DNA of 64,000 nucleotides from Escherichia coli (GTDB lineage Bacteria; Pseudomonadota; Gammaproteobacteria; Enterobacterales; Enterobacteriaceae): NCBI RefSeq assembly GCF_048403405.1, contig NZ_CP183135.1; one strand, 5' to 3'. Shown piece by piece: positions 34,254 to 48,089 of this stretch (position 1 is its first letter; each line of letters starts with the position of its first letter). The notes under the pieces were generated by a model. It saw only the letters and a program-made list of their open reading frames with translations, ran no database searches and was not told where the DNA came from. The position numbers and the translations under genes were made by a program.

Positions 34254-34525
34254 GCCTCTTTATCCTGGTCGACGCTGAATGAGCCTGGTAATATACCCGG
34301 TATGAGCAGCTCACTTCCTGACGATATCAATGCACTGAAACGTCTCCTTGCCGAACAGGAGGCGCTGAACCGTGCCCTGCTGGAAAAGCTGAACGAGCGT
34401 GAACGCGAAATAGACCATCTGCAGGCGCAGCTGGATAAACTCCGCCGGATGAACTTCGGCAGTCGTTCCGAAAAAGTCTCCCGCCGTATCGCACAAATGG
34501 AAGCCGATCTGAACCGGCTTCAGAA

Positions 34526-34545
34526 AGAGAGCGATAGAGAGCGAT
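34526..34545 (+). repeat. 10-bp tandem duplication AGAGAGCGAT x2 causing a frameshift in tnpC
   Basis: Exact direct tandem; removing one copy fuses ORFs 34302-34559 and 34561-35319 in frame. Confidence 0.8.
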
Positions 34546-35135
34546 ACGCTGACTGGTAGGGTGTATGACCCGGCAGTACAGCGTCCGTTGCGTCAGACCC
34601 GCACCCGTAAGCCGTTCCCTGAATCACTACCCCGTGACGAAAAGCGGCTGTTGCCTGCGGCGCCGTGCTGCCCGAACTGCGGCGGTTCACTGAGCTATCT
34701 GGGCGAGGATACCGCCGAACAGCTGGAGTTGATGCGTAGCGCCTTCCGGGTTATCCGGACGGTACGGGAAAAACATGCCTGTACTCAGTGCGATGCCATC
34801 GTGCAGGCACCTGCACCTTCGCGGCCCATCGAGCGGGGTATCGCCGGACCGGGGCTGCTGGCCCGCGTGCTGACCTCGAAGTATGCAGAGCACACCCCGC
34901 TGTATCGCCAGTCAGAAATATACGGCCGGCAAGGTGTGGAGCTGAGCCGTTCACTGCTGTCGGGCTGGGTGGATGCATGCTGCCGGCTGCTGTCTCCGCT
35001 GGAAGAGGCGCTTCATGGCTATGTGCTGACTGACGGTAAGCTCCATGCTGATGACACGCCTGTCCCGGTGCTGTTGCCAGGCAATAAGAAAACGAAGACC
35101 GGGCGGTTATGGACCTACGTTCGTGACGACCGTAA

Positions 35136-37266
<2,131 letters not shown>

Positions 37267-37872
37267 TCACGCCCGCCGTAAAATCCACGATGTGCACGTT
37301 CGCACCCCGTCAGCCCTGACGGAGGAAGCGCTGAAACGGATCGGCGAACTGTACGCCATCGAGGCAGAGATAAGGGGAATGACGGCGGAGCAACGCCTTG
37401 CCGAACGTCAGTTGAAAACGAAACCGCTGCTGAAATCCCTGGAAAGCTGGCTGCGTGAAAAGATGAAAACCCTGTCGCGACACTCAGAACTGGCGAAAGC
37501 GTTCGCATACGCCCTGAACCAGTGGCCGGCGCTGACGTACTATGCAGATGATGGCTGGGCTGAGGCGGACAATAACATCGCTGAAAATGCGTTGCGGATG
37601 GTCAGTCTGGGCCGCAAAAACTACCTGTTCTTCGGTTCGGATCATGGAGGAGAGCGGGGAGCGCTGCTGTACAGCCTGATCGGGACGTGCAAACTGAACG
37701 GAGTGGAGCCAGAAAGCTACCTCCGCTATGTCCTTGACGTCATAGCCGACTGGCCGATAAACCGGGTCGGCGAACTGCTCCCCTGGCGCGTAGCACTGCC
37801 GACTGAATAACACATCCCCGTCAATACGGTTCTTGCTGCACGCTTACAATTTCAGGGCAGGGAATAGTATTG

Positions 37873-38664
37873 TTAATTTCGGGAGAAACTTAAAGTTGCC
37901 ACATCGACAGTTTCATCACACAGGCTTTTGTCCTGAAAACTTTTCTTATTTTGGACTTTCGCCAGCCACTGTCCAATATGAAGAGAAGGTACTGTGACGA
38001 TACCATCCTCATTAGTTACAAAGGTGAGTTCTGCTTTATGAACAGGATGTTTGTGCTCAACTGCATGAGTATGACGGGATGATTTCAGATAACTGACCGA
38101 GTCAAGCTCCATGATAGCTCCGGCGAGCGGGGACGTTTTATACAGGACTTTCAGCTTCACATCTTCACTGAAACGACTTATATCGGATAACGGAATGATT
38201 TCAAGCTCATGCCCCGTTGGAGACTGATAGAGTTGTGCTGGCATCTGCTGTTCACCAGGAATAAAAGATTTCGCATATTTAGTGACAAACTCACAGTAAG
38301 CCACATCATTTCTGCCCTCCCGGCTGACCGGTTTCCATCCTGAAGAGGTTCTCGACCAGTATCCCGGTTTCATATATGTTGACAAAACGTAGCCATTATC
38401 TTTGCTTGCAGACTCAGTTTTATAGACATAATCCGTGGACGCTGGCTTCAGTGTTATTGTCTCTTTCCCGTTATAAATCCGGGGATTTTCAAAGAAATTC
38501 CTTCTGTCAGGAATTGTGCCCTTTGAGGGGAAATTATGACCATAACCAATCTCTGCGGTAATGTTGTTCTCTGCCTGTTTACCTGTAATCCAGACATCGT
38601 GGGCCAGGACATGCCCCGATGCTGTCAGACAAAGAGCTAAGATATAACCTGTATTTTTCATCAT
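37873..38664 (-). CDS. secreted periplasmic protein, DUF4198-like, downstream partner of the TonB-dependent receptor
   Basis: 263-aa ORF with signal peptide MMKNTGYILALCLTASGHVLA; 6 bp downstream of the receptor ORF on the same strand. Family assignment from memory. Confidence 0.5.
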   Translation of the reverse strand: MMKNTGYILALCLTASGHVLAHDVWITGKQAENNITAEIGYGHNFPSKGTIPDRRNFFENPRIYNGKETITLKPASTDYVYKTESASKDNGYVLSTYMKPGYWSRTSSGWKPVSREGRNDVAYCEFVTKYAKSFIPGEQQMPAQLYQSPTGHELEIIPLSDISRFSEDVKLKVLYKTSPLAGAIMELDSVSYLKSSRHTHAVEHKHPVHKAELTFVTNEDGIVTVPSLHIGQWLAKVQNKKSFQDKSLCDETVDVATLSFSRN

Positions 38665-38670
38665 GATTTG

Positions 38671-40640
38671 TTACCACTGATAACGGGTATAAAGACTGAC
38701 AGTTCTGCCTGAAAGCGGCACTCCTTTGCCATTCATGGCAAGCTTGTTGAAGGCATTATCCAGAGCCACTGATGCCTCAAAGCCTTTAACACTTACAGGC
38801 TTATAAGACAGTGAAAAGGAATGTACGGCATAGCCAGCCTGATGGGGATCGCCTTTTTTCACATGCGTGGCTGCTGCCGAAAGTTCAGCACGCCATCCGG
38901 CAGAAACTCCTCCATGACCAACAGGTATACTTATGTCACTGATGAGTGTGTCAGGATTGCCGGAGCCCAGCCATTCCCTGCTGCTGGCATCCATACTTTC
39001 CGTGCGGTTATAAGAAAGCATCCAGTCAAAATAATCAGACTGGTAATTTCCCTGCATATCCCATCCCCAGATACGGGCCCGGGATACATTATAAGAATAA
39101 GAACGCATCCGTTTCATATCCACGCGCGTGGCAATATAGTTTCTGGCATCCGTTCCGAAATATCCGCCTTTCAACTGCAGCCGATCATTGCCTGTAAGCA
39201 GGCCGTCCAGTTGAATACCTGCGCCAATCTCACGGGTAATGTTATTTTCTGGTTTCAGATTAAGGTTAGGTACCCAGTAATTGGGTTTACCCTTGCGGTA
39301 AAAATGTACATCATCCCTGTACATTTCTGCCATTGTGGGGGCACGGAATGCAGAGGATATGGAGCCGTACATCATCAGCCAGTCTGTCGGTGAGACTGAA
39401 ATCGCCGCCCTTGGGGACAGGCGTTCGGCTTTCAGTTCTCCGGCACGGGGATTGAAGCTCTTGTACCGGTCATAGCGGGAACCGACGATAATGTTAACCG
39501 GGTAGCTTTTCATTGTCATTTCATCCTGGAAATACAACGATGTAAAGTCAATGTTTCCTTCCGGATATAGTGTGGCAGAGCCTTCTGGCTTCTGCTGCTG
39601 ACGGTAATATTCAGCGCCATAACTTAACTGATGGGCTCCCGGAAAAATCAGAGTATGACTCCTGTTGACAACATTAACACCGGAGGTTCTGTTGTTTCTC
39701 CATTCTGCCGTTTTGTTGTGACCGTTTGTCTTGATAGTGATATCACTGAGATATAAAGTTGACTTTACATTGATGAGGCTGTTATCCACAGGAGCGTACT
39801 GGTACCAGAACTGTACGTCATTTTGTACTGTTTTTCTGTCACGCAGGCCGCTGTCACCATGTGTCTGAGTGGGATTGCCCGGTTCAGTGGTGTTATTCCG
39901 GTAGAGACGCAAGCTGGCACCTGCTTTGTTACTGTCTGTTATACCGACAGAGCCTTTCGCAAACAGGGCTGCAGGTTTTTCCTTGTTAGGTGCGCGCTCA
40001 CCATCACTTTGATAGATATTACCTCTTTTACGCATAATGACAGAAAGGAGCGCATCTGTTTTTCCGGTTTTACCGAACCAGGTGAGCCCCGAGCCTGTGC
40101 TGTGGTCACCACTGGCGATATTTCCCCACAGACTTAAACCGTTTGTCTCTCCGGGGGAAGGAAATCTGCTGCATCGGCAGTTCTGAAGTCCACAACACCT
40201 CCCAGCCCGCCACTGCCGTACAGACTGGAGTTTGGTCCGCGGACAACTTCGATACGTTTGACGAGTGCCGGATCCAGATAAGTGCCACTGCTTTTTGCCA
40301 TGTCACTGAGTTGACGGATGCCGTCAACAAGAACAAGTACCCCGCTTTTGTCATAGCCGCGTAGATTAAAGGTCTGCCCATTGGTCCGTCCTGCACCAGT
40401 CTGGCTGAGACCGGCAACACCTTTCAGCATGCCGGCTGATGTGACCGCATTCTGACTCCATGGCGTGTCATTCGTGACGACACTGACCATTGACGGCGTT
40501 TCAAATACCGTGTTCTGATTTCCTGTCGCGACAACGGTGATTGTATCTTTAGCCATAGAAGAATGACTGGTCTCTGCCTGTAACCCTATCGGGAGTATGA
40601 TTAATGTACAAATGACGTTTCTGATTACGTTCATATACAT
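38671..40640 (-). pseudogene. TonB-dependent outer membrane receptor with a frameshift near 40150 (or sequence error)
   Basis: N-terminal plug ORF 40134-40640 (signal peptide, TonB box DTITVVA) and barrel ORF 38671-40035 (ends ...LYTRYQW, terminal aromatic) are in different frames; frames switch at a CCGGGGG run around 40151-40157. Confidence 0.7.
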
Positions 40641-40660
40641 GCGAAAATATATGTTAATAT

Positions 40661-40680
40661 TGATATGTTATAACATATCA
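40661..40680. promoter_or_regulatory. perfect 20-bp palindrome TGATATGTTATAACATATCA upstream of the receptor gene; candidate Fur/Zur-type operator
   Basis: Exact palindrome 21-40 bp upstream of the receptor start codon; core TGTTATAACA resembles metalloregulator boxes. Confidence 0.4.
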
Positions 40681-40830
40681 TTTTATTAATGCAACCCTGA
40701 TCACGCAGCGTTCAGTGATAACCAGTGAATAGCGACTCTAATACCCGGTCGCTCTGCAATGTATCAGCGCCTGCGACCGATGCTATGGATATTGATTTTT
40801 CTACCGATAAAGAACCAGCAATACGGAATT

Positions 40831-41377
40831 TAGACTGGCCCCCTGAATCTCCAGACAACCAATATCACTTAAATAAGTGATAGTCTTAATACTAGTTTTT
40901 AGACTAGTCATTGGAGAACAGATGATTGATGTCTTAGGACCGGAGAAACGCAGACGGCGTACTACACAGGAAAAGATCGCTATTGTTCAGCAGAGCTTTG
41001 AACCGGGAATGACGGTCTCCCTTGTTGCCCGGCAACACGGTGTGGCAGCCAGCCAGTTATTTCTCTGGCGCAAGCAATACCAGGAGGGAAGTCTTACTGC
41101 TGTGGCCGCAGGAGAACAGGTCGTTCCTGCCTCTGAACTTGCTGCTGCCATGAAGCAGATTAAAGAACTCCAGCGCCTGCTCGGCAAAAAAACGATGGAA
41201 AATGAACTCCTTAAAGAAGCCGTTGAATATGGGCGTGCAAAAAAGTGGATAGCGCACGCGCCCTTATTGCCCGGGGATGGGGAGTAAGCTTAGTCAGCCG
41301 TTGTCTCCGGGTGTCGCGTGCGCAGTTGCACGTCATTCTCAGACGAACCGATGACTGGAAATATAGGGGCAAATCCA
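40831..41377 (+). mobile_element. IS2: IS2 internal-deletion derivative (547 bp): both ends retained, most of orfB deleted
   Basis: Left end TAGACTGGCCCCCTGAATCTCCAGACAACC; right end ...CTGGAAATATAGGGGCAAATCCA; deletion junction at the short repeat CTGGAA. Confidence 0.85.
40922..41287 (+). CDS. insC: IS2 OrfA (InsC)
   Basis: [56 protein letters not shown]... Confidence 0.9.
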
Positions 41378-41882
41378 CATCCTTACTTTTCCGTAAGGAT
41401 TTTAGCGGGTCAAAACAGCGTTCCATGCCGGACTGATGATCTACATACTTAGAGTCACATACCAAAGTAAAACTATGGATGTATGCAAGCCTGCATCGTC
41501 AGGAGGTTAAATTTCAGACCTGCCAGTTACCGCGTAAATGGCTTGATATATGACTAATTTATTTGCACAGGATTTTTACGACAACGCTCTGAACCAGCAG
41601 TTGACGGGATATATAGTTGAGCTCATTACAGATAAAGCTTTTCTGTATCTCTGGCGGTGGTCATAGACCAGTAATCGTTATTGGTTGTTCTATATTATCC
41701 CGTATGACGGTACAACGTTTTTAACAACTGGCGCTGTCACAACATAAGCCACCCCAAAATATTATATGAGTAACAATAGTCTATATAGGAGCGTAAATTA
41801 CCTACTATCAAATACTTACTCCAATAGCATTTCTGTCTATTCTATTTCAATTCTTTAATAGAAAAATAAGGTTAGATAATAT

Positions 41883-42155
41883 ATGACTCCCTCCCCCTAT
41901 CCAAGAAATAACTTTAATACAGAGCTAATTCAATCATGTATGAATGGAGAACACTTTTCACTTTTAATTGAAATATCACCAATCAGAAGTAAAAAAAACA
42001 TCATGGCTCTTAAGGAGTATTTGGTTGATGGTTATTCAAAGCAAGAAAGTTGTGAAAGGAACAATGTTTCCATTAGTTATTTTTGCCTATGCCTAAAAAA
42101 ACTAAACTATACACACAGTATTGTTAGTGCTCTTAAATATTTCTACCGTGAGTAA
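41883..42155 (+). CDS. PapB/FaeA-family fimbrial-type transcriptional regulator (orphan, 90 aa)
   Basis: ...HFSLLIEISPIRSKKNIMALKEYLVDGYSKQESCERNNVSISYF... parallels the PapB motif HFFLLIGISSIHSDRVILAMKDYLVGGHSRKEVCEKY; no fimbrial structural genes nearby. Confidence 0.55.
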   Translation: MTPSPYPRNNFNTELIQSCMNGEHFSLLIEISPIRSKKNIMALKEYLVDGYSKQESCERNNVSISYFCLCLKKLNYTHSIVSALKYFYRE

Positions 42156-42671
42156 ACTGTAACTGAAGTCTTGATTCTTACGCTTAGACACTGCTAAGCC
42201 GTTATGGCATAGCTGATAATTTATATTGCACTATGTCAGCTACTGTAAGATAATATAAGCTATTTTAAAGAAAACTCTGTCATTCATCATTTTGTTTAAT
42301 GATAGGTTTTGTTATTAATATAAAAGAACATGCTCATTCATTAAAATAAAAACAAGATGTTCTTTTATTATTTTCATTCCCTACGGGGTTAGTCCTTGAT
42401 TCATTTTCAGTATCTTCTAACTCATTCATTTGCCGATTACTTTAATTCACAGTCTTGTTTTTTATCCTGCCTATTGGAGATAAAAGTGGTATCGATGGAT
42501 GCCGAGTGTGTTGCACATGCAGTATTCTCAGGAATAAGAACTGTCACTTCCAAAACACGCGATATATGATTGAATCTCTGTGGGGGGATAAAAACTTGCC
42601 TTTTTCCGCAGTCTGAAAACAGGATGGGGGCGACGGATGGTTACGCAGGCAAGGGCGAGGTTCGGAAATAA

Positions 42672-42923
<252 letters not shown>

Positions 42924-43001
42924 TAGCCAAGTCAAGTTCATCTTGCCATCACTATTTTTCCATACCGCATTACTATCTAATACAGTCGCACGAGCGGCCT
43001 T

Positions 43002-44170
43002 CTAATTTGAGGGTTTCGAGCCCTGAAGAGGCATATCCCATCGTTTTACAGATATTGCAGAAATTGGTACGCAATATGCTGCTTCTTCCTGGAGTTTCTT
43101 CCTGGTATTTGTATCGAAGTCTACATTAAGCAGGTCGAACTTCCAGCTTTCCCGATAAAACCTTATAATATCCTTGGGACAAAGGAGAATAAACTGGTTT
43201 GTCGTAAACATAGAAACAGCCTGCACAGAGTAATATTCCCCCGGTTTTATATTTTTTTTACCCCATACTGCATTGGAAAAAAACTCCTCCGGATATTCAC
43301 TTGTTTTAATAATGTAGCTATGTATTTTGAAGTCACTTATACCTGAGAGCTTAATAACTGAATGGGTAAAAATTACTGGTAATACGGTTATTTGAGTCGA
43401 TATAACTAATAATATCATCAAGGATGCGACAAATGCAGAACTAATTCTTTTAGAAAGTTTATGCTGTGGATTCATTTTTAGATAAATGAGGCCGGGAAGT
43501 ATTGTCAGAATAAAAATAAAATATGACATGAAAGCCAGTTCAGCTATCACTTTGAAATTAATACTCTTATCTGAAGTTTCAATATTCCTAAAAACCATCT
43601 CCAGTGGAATTACCTGAAGATGCACCAGTAAAGCAATAGACAACGGAATGATAAGATAGATCTGAACACGTCTCAACAGTTTCATTCTATTATTTTTAAA
43701 CGATAAGTCATATTCAAGATACCTCGTGTTTATTATGGCTGAAATAACAACTATTAGTACTCCTATACTTAAAATAGATAACCAGCCAGAGTTATCTTTA
43801 ACACTCTGGTCAAAATCAAATGCACAGTATAACACGTATATAAAGGCCATGGGGAAGAGGCCAGATAACATCATTACAGATAAAAAATTACCCTGAATCT
43901 TATTGTAAGCAGGAAGATTTTTTATATCATAAGGAATAACTATTGGTATAAAAAAAGATGTTATAAAAAAATAAAAATGATCATAATCAATGATAGAATA
44001 GTTGTACAACAAACCAATACCAAGATGCTTTTAATATTCATCACATCAAAGAAAATATCAAGTCGATCCAGACGACTGAAATATCCCCAGAGAACTATCA
44101 ACGCAATCCCTGATATAATACTTGATGGTGTTAATACTGAAACTATTAGCGTCTTCCACTTCTGATTCAT
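43002..44170 (-). CDS. AT-rich multi-pass membrane protein of unknown function, possibly frameshifted (two overlapping ORFs 43961-44170 and 43002-44012)
   Basis: Highly hydrophobic N-terminal two-thirds, about 110-aa hydrophilic C-terminus; the two ORFs overlap near poly-A runs at 43950-43975. Confidence 0.4.
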
Positions 44171-44845
44171 TTTAACTTCCTGGTTTTGCTATAAAGAGAG
44201 CATAAAAAAGAGTGAATAAGTTATTACACTTCATTGTTTGACTCCTCGCAGTAACCTTTCAGGAAGGTTGTCGGATATTTTTGATAAATTATGTCATAAA
44301 CATATTATTGTAAGTAATGATTTCACTAAATTTATTTGATCGTCGTCATAATATTTTTAATCTGAATATAGAAGATGATTGTGTCATATGCAGTATGATA
44401 TAAAACGTTAAAAGTGACTGAATAGATAACAGTTCATGCATGAACAAGACCATAACATAACATAATAAAATATGCTTATTATGCATAACCTTATGTTGTG
44501 ACTAAGCCGCCTTAAAACTGAGAAGTAGCTAAGAATATGGCGTCAGACACCTTCAGTTGTCGTAGAAGGTTATCTGCAGGATTTTTCTCCGTATCTGCCT
44601 GTTCCTGGCATTACCCCAATTCTCCCAAAAACGGCAAACCAGCCCTCAGCCCGCGCCACGACTGGCTTAATACGGGATCCCTGCTGCAAAACATACCTTT
44701 ACGTATTTGGTTTTACCCGCAATAATGCGTGATAAGCAAACAAAAGGATCCGCGCGCTGCGATTTATTGTCGTGGAAGGATCCGGGCGTTCAGGTCAGAA
44801 TACCTGTATCCATAAACAGTGCGTGTGCTACGTGAAAAATAACTC

Positions 44846-45586
44846 ATGAACAATGTCATTCCCCTGCAGAATTCACCAGAACGCGTCTCCCTGTTACCCA
44901 TTGCGCCGGGGGTGGATTTTGCAACAGCGCTCTCCCTGAGAAGAATGGCCACTTCCACGGGGGCCACACCGGCCTACCTGCTGGCCCCGGAAGTGAGTGC
45001 CCTTCTCTTCTATATGCCGGATCAGCGTCACCATATGCTGTTCGCCACCCTCTGGAATACCGGAATGCGTATTGGCGAAGCCCGGATGCTGACGCCGGAA
45101 TCATTTGACCTGAATGGAGTAAGACCGTTTGTGCGGATCCTGTCCGAAAAAGTGCGTGCGCGACGCGGACGCCCGCCAAAAGATGAAGTGCGACTGGTGC
45201 CGCTGACAGATATAAGCTATGTCAGGCAGATGGAAAGCTGGATGATCACCACCCGGCCCCGTCGTCGTGAACCATTATGGGCCGTGACCGACGAAACCAT
45301 GCGCAACTGGCTGAAGCAGGCTGTCAGACGGGCCGAAGCTGACGGGGTACACTTTTCGATTCCGGTCACACCACACACCTTCCGGCACAGCTATATCATG
45401 CACATGCTCTATCACCGCCAGCCCCGGAAAGTCATCCAGGCACTGGCTGGTCACAGGGATCCACGTTCGATGGAGGTTTATACCAGAGTGTTTGCACTGG
45501 ATATGGCTGCCACGCTGGCAGTGCCTTTCACAGGTGACGGGCGGGATGCTGCGGAGATCCTGCGTACACTGCCTCCCCTGAGGTGA
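44846..45586 (+). CDS. int: tyrosine recombinase / integrase associated with the RepFIB replicon
   Basis: 246-aa ORF with C-terminal catalytic signature ...[40 protein letters not shown] (R..HxxR..Y). Confidence 0.8.
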   Translation: MNNVIPLQNSPERVSLLPIAPGVDFATALSLRRMATSTGATPAYLLAPEVSALLFYMPDQRHHMLFATLWNTGMRIGEARMLTPESFDLNGVRPFVRILSEKVRARRGRPPKDEVRLVPLTDISYVRQMESWMITTRPRRREPLWAVTDETMRNWLKQAVRRAEADGVHFSIPVTPHTFRHSYIMHMLYHRQPRKVIQALAGHRDPRSMEVYTRVFALDMAATLAVPFTGDGRDAAEILRTLPPLR

Positions 45587-45599
45587 CGGCATACGCGCT

Positions 45600-45870
45600 T
45601 CCTTATATAAGCTGTGGTCAGCAGAACAGACATAACATAAGCTGGAGCATGTATATAAGCTGTAGTGAGTAAGTCATGTTTTATGAAGGGAGCAATGCCT
45701 CAGCATCAGGTTACGGGATCACTTACGTAAGGGACAGGCAGATGGCAGCTCAGCTACAGACAGCACTGCAGGAAACAGAATATAAACTGCAGTGAGCAGA
45801 CCACTCACTGCACCGGTTAATATAAGCTGTAGTCAGTAAAGGAGCGCTCTTCACTGACTACAGTTTATGT
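45600..45870. repeat. RepFIB iteron cluster downstream of repA
   Basis: Repeated units TATAAGCTGTGGTCAG / TATAAGCTGTAGTGAG / TATAAACTGCAGTGAG / TATAAGCTGTAGTCAG. Confidence 0.55.
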
Positions 45871-46848
45871 TCAGCGGGATTTGAAGAGTTTTTCCAGGTC
45901 ATCCAGCGTGATGCCCAGTTTCTCAAGCAGGGCAAGCTTCTCCGCCATCTCCGGACTGACTTTTTCCGCAGGTGAAGGTTGCAACGGATTTTCCTTACTC
46001 TCGTCATTCGGCGCTTTTAACCGGGGACGCCGGTAGTGAATACAGAAGAATTTTGTCCGCCCCCGCTGGATCTCCGTGTAATCAAGATATCCAATCTCGC
46101 GCAACTGCTCCATTGCCCGTCTGACCGTCTGGTTCTGGGAAAATACAGGAGACTTCAGATTGAGGCGTGCACGCAGCCGCGCCAGCGATATCGGTGCCGG
46201 ATCCCGGGGCAGGCTCTCTATAAAGGTGTAGAGTGCCTGGGCGGACTCCCGTCGCTTCAGGGCATTAATCGCCTTAAGCTGGAGAAGGACTTTTCTGTCA
46301 AACTGGTACAGTTCAAACAGGCGGGGATCGGCCTGTAACTGCACAATATCCCGCTCAGTATCGTAGTAAGCTGACTGTACCAGATGGGTGATATATTCCC
46401 GGGTGTGCTTCTCATCGGTACGGGAAAACGAAATCACGGTACCGGCAATGCGCTTCAGGGAAGGGCTGATGCGCTCACGCAGCCTGCGGGATGACTGGCT
46501 TGAAGGTATACCACACAGTTTTGCAAACTCAACAAAAGGCAGTTCAACTTTGTCACCAATCACGTTATGGCGGGCAAAGGAATGAATGATCCCCACCCAG
46601 GTCTTGAAATCATTATCCATATCCAGGCGGGGGCCGGTGATCTCAACCTTATCGAATCCCTCAGCACGGGCCAGGGAAAGACGTGTCAGCTCTTCCGTGG
46701 CATCAGTACGTGACAGTGTATTTTTTTTACTGTTCTTCAGTGATTTAAGGGTCGGTACAAAAACGCCCAGACGCATCAGCGCCACAGGTTGTACGGTGTT
46801 GTTATTGTTTGGTGTCAGTGTCACCAGCTCACCGGAGGACTTATCCAC
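45871..46848 (-). CDS. repA: RepFIB replication initiator RepA (325 aa)
   Basis: [54 protein letters not shown]...; flanked on both sides by iteron-like repeats. Confidence 0.9.
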   Translation of the reverse strand: MDKSSGELVTLTPNNNNTVQPVALMRLGVFVPTLKSLKNSKKNTLSRTDATEELTRLSLARAEGFDKVEITGPRLDMDNDFKTWVGIIHSFARHNVIGDKVELPFVEFAKLCGIPSSQSSRRLRERISPSLKRIAGTVISFSRTDEKHTREYITHLVQSAYYDTERDIVQLQADPRLFELYQFDRKVLLQLKAINALKRRESAQALYTFIESLPRDPAPISLARLRARLNLKSPVFSQNQTVRRAMEQLREIGYLDYTEIQRGRTKFFCIHYRRPRLKAPNDESKENPLQPSPAEKVSPEMAEKLALLEKLGITLDDLEKLFKSR

Positions 46849-47110
46849 CTCGCCGAACAGTTTTTTGATGTCTGAATTTTCGTTTTCCAGAAAGCCTCCA
46901 GCCTGTGGACAGTAAAAGAATAAACAGAAAATCGTGTGTCAGAACTCCGCTAACTGACTGAAGAAAAACCTGCAGCCTGTATTTAACAACTGAGTCTGGC
47001 ATACTGACCATAGTTTATGTCATTAACTTACTTCAGTATATGGATTACTGAATACAGCTTATCATTAGCATGTTACAGTTTATCAGTAACATGCCACAGC
47101 TTATGTGATC
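46849..47110. repeat. RepFIB iteron / origin region upstream of repA
   Basis: Repeats CAGTTTATG / CAGCTTATC / CAGTTTATC / CAGCTTATG spaced along the interval. Confidence 0.45.
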
Positions 47111-47536
47111 GTGGTCCCGGCCCATGAGTGACAAGGTTTGCAGCGATATGGGGATCTTTAATGGATCCTTTGTTGATCATTCATGGATCTGTTTACTGGA
47201 TCGGGCCTCCGGATATGTGGATAAATCATTCCAGAAGGACAGCGCACACAACCGTTTTATGAAAGGGCTTCAGGGCGTACCTGCTCCCTGTAACTACAGA
47301 TACATTGCGCTTCCTCGCCGGTTCGCGGGCTTCGCCCGGTCACCGGTCTGCGGCGAGCACTGTTTTTTCTGATGTCTGTCTTTACAGGTAATTTTTGACG
47401 GAATCTGCCGTACTTCCTGAGCGTACGGTCATATCCGAAGTACACTTCATATGTGTGTTTCAATGCCAGGGATTGTGTATACAAACTACAGGTGTCAGCG
47501 CCAGTGATATAAGACGGTAATTCACCATTTGGATTG

Positions 47537-48085
47537 TCCGCTCCACCCAACATGTTGTTTCCTTAAGGTTCTCACACCAGAAAGGACATCAACATGCTGA
47601 GCAGAGAGGACTTTTACATGATAAAGCAAATGCGCCAGCAGGGCGCGTACATTGTCGATATTGCGGCTCAGATTGGTTGCTCTGAACGGACGGTCAGACG
47701 CTACCTCAAATACCCTGAACCGCCAGCCAGAAAGACCCGCCACAAAATGGTTAAGCTGAAACCGTTTATGGATTACATCGACATGCGCCTGGCAGAGAAT
47801 GTCTGGAATAGCGAGGTTATCTTCGCGGAGATTAAGGCAATGGGTTATACGGGCGGACGTTCCATGCTGCGTTACTACATCCAGCCCAAACGTAAAATGC
47901 GTCCGTCAAAAAGAACAAGGAGAGAGTTACCGGTTAAAAGAGAAACGTAAAGCTGGAGTGCTGACCAAAAACACAACGCCAATCAGTGATGATGAAATGG
48001 TGCAAAGCGGACAGCATCAGTAACGAAAGTATTTAGCGGGCATGAAAATGGCAAATAACGGTCAAACATCGTGGCGTTGACATAG
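47537..48085 (+). mobile_element. IS21-family remnant with internal deletion fusing the istA 5' part to the istB 3' end (ends approximate)
   Basis: IstA-like N-terminus MLSREDFYMIKQMRQQGAYIVDIAAQIGCSERTVRRYLK...; IstB-like C-terminus ...GESYRLKEKRKAGVLT, compare IS100 IstB ...[16 protein letters not shown]. Confidence 0.5.
47594..47950 (+). pseudogene. IS21-family istA N-terminal fragment
   Basis: 118-aa ORF; HTH-containing N-terminus only. Confidence 0.7.
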
Positions 48086-48089
48086 TCGC

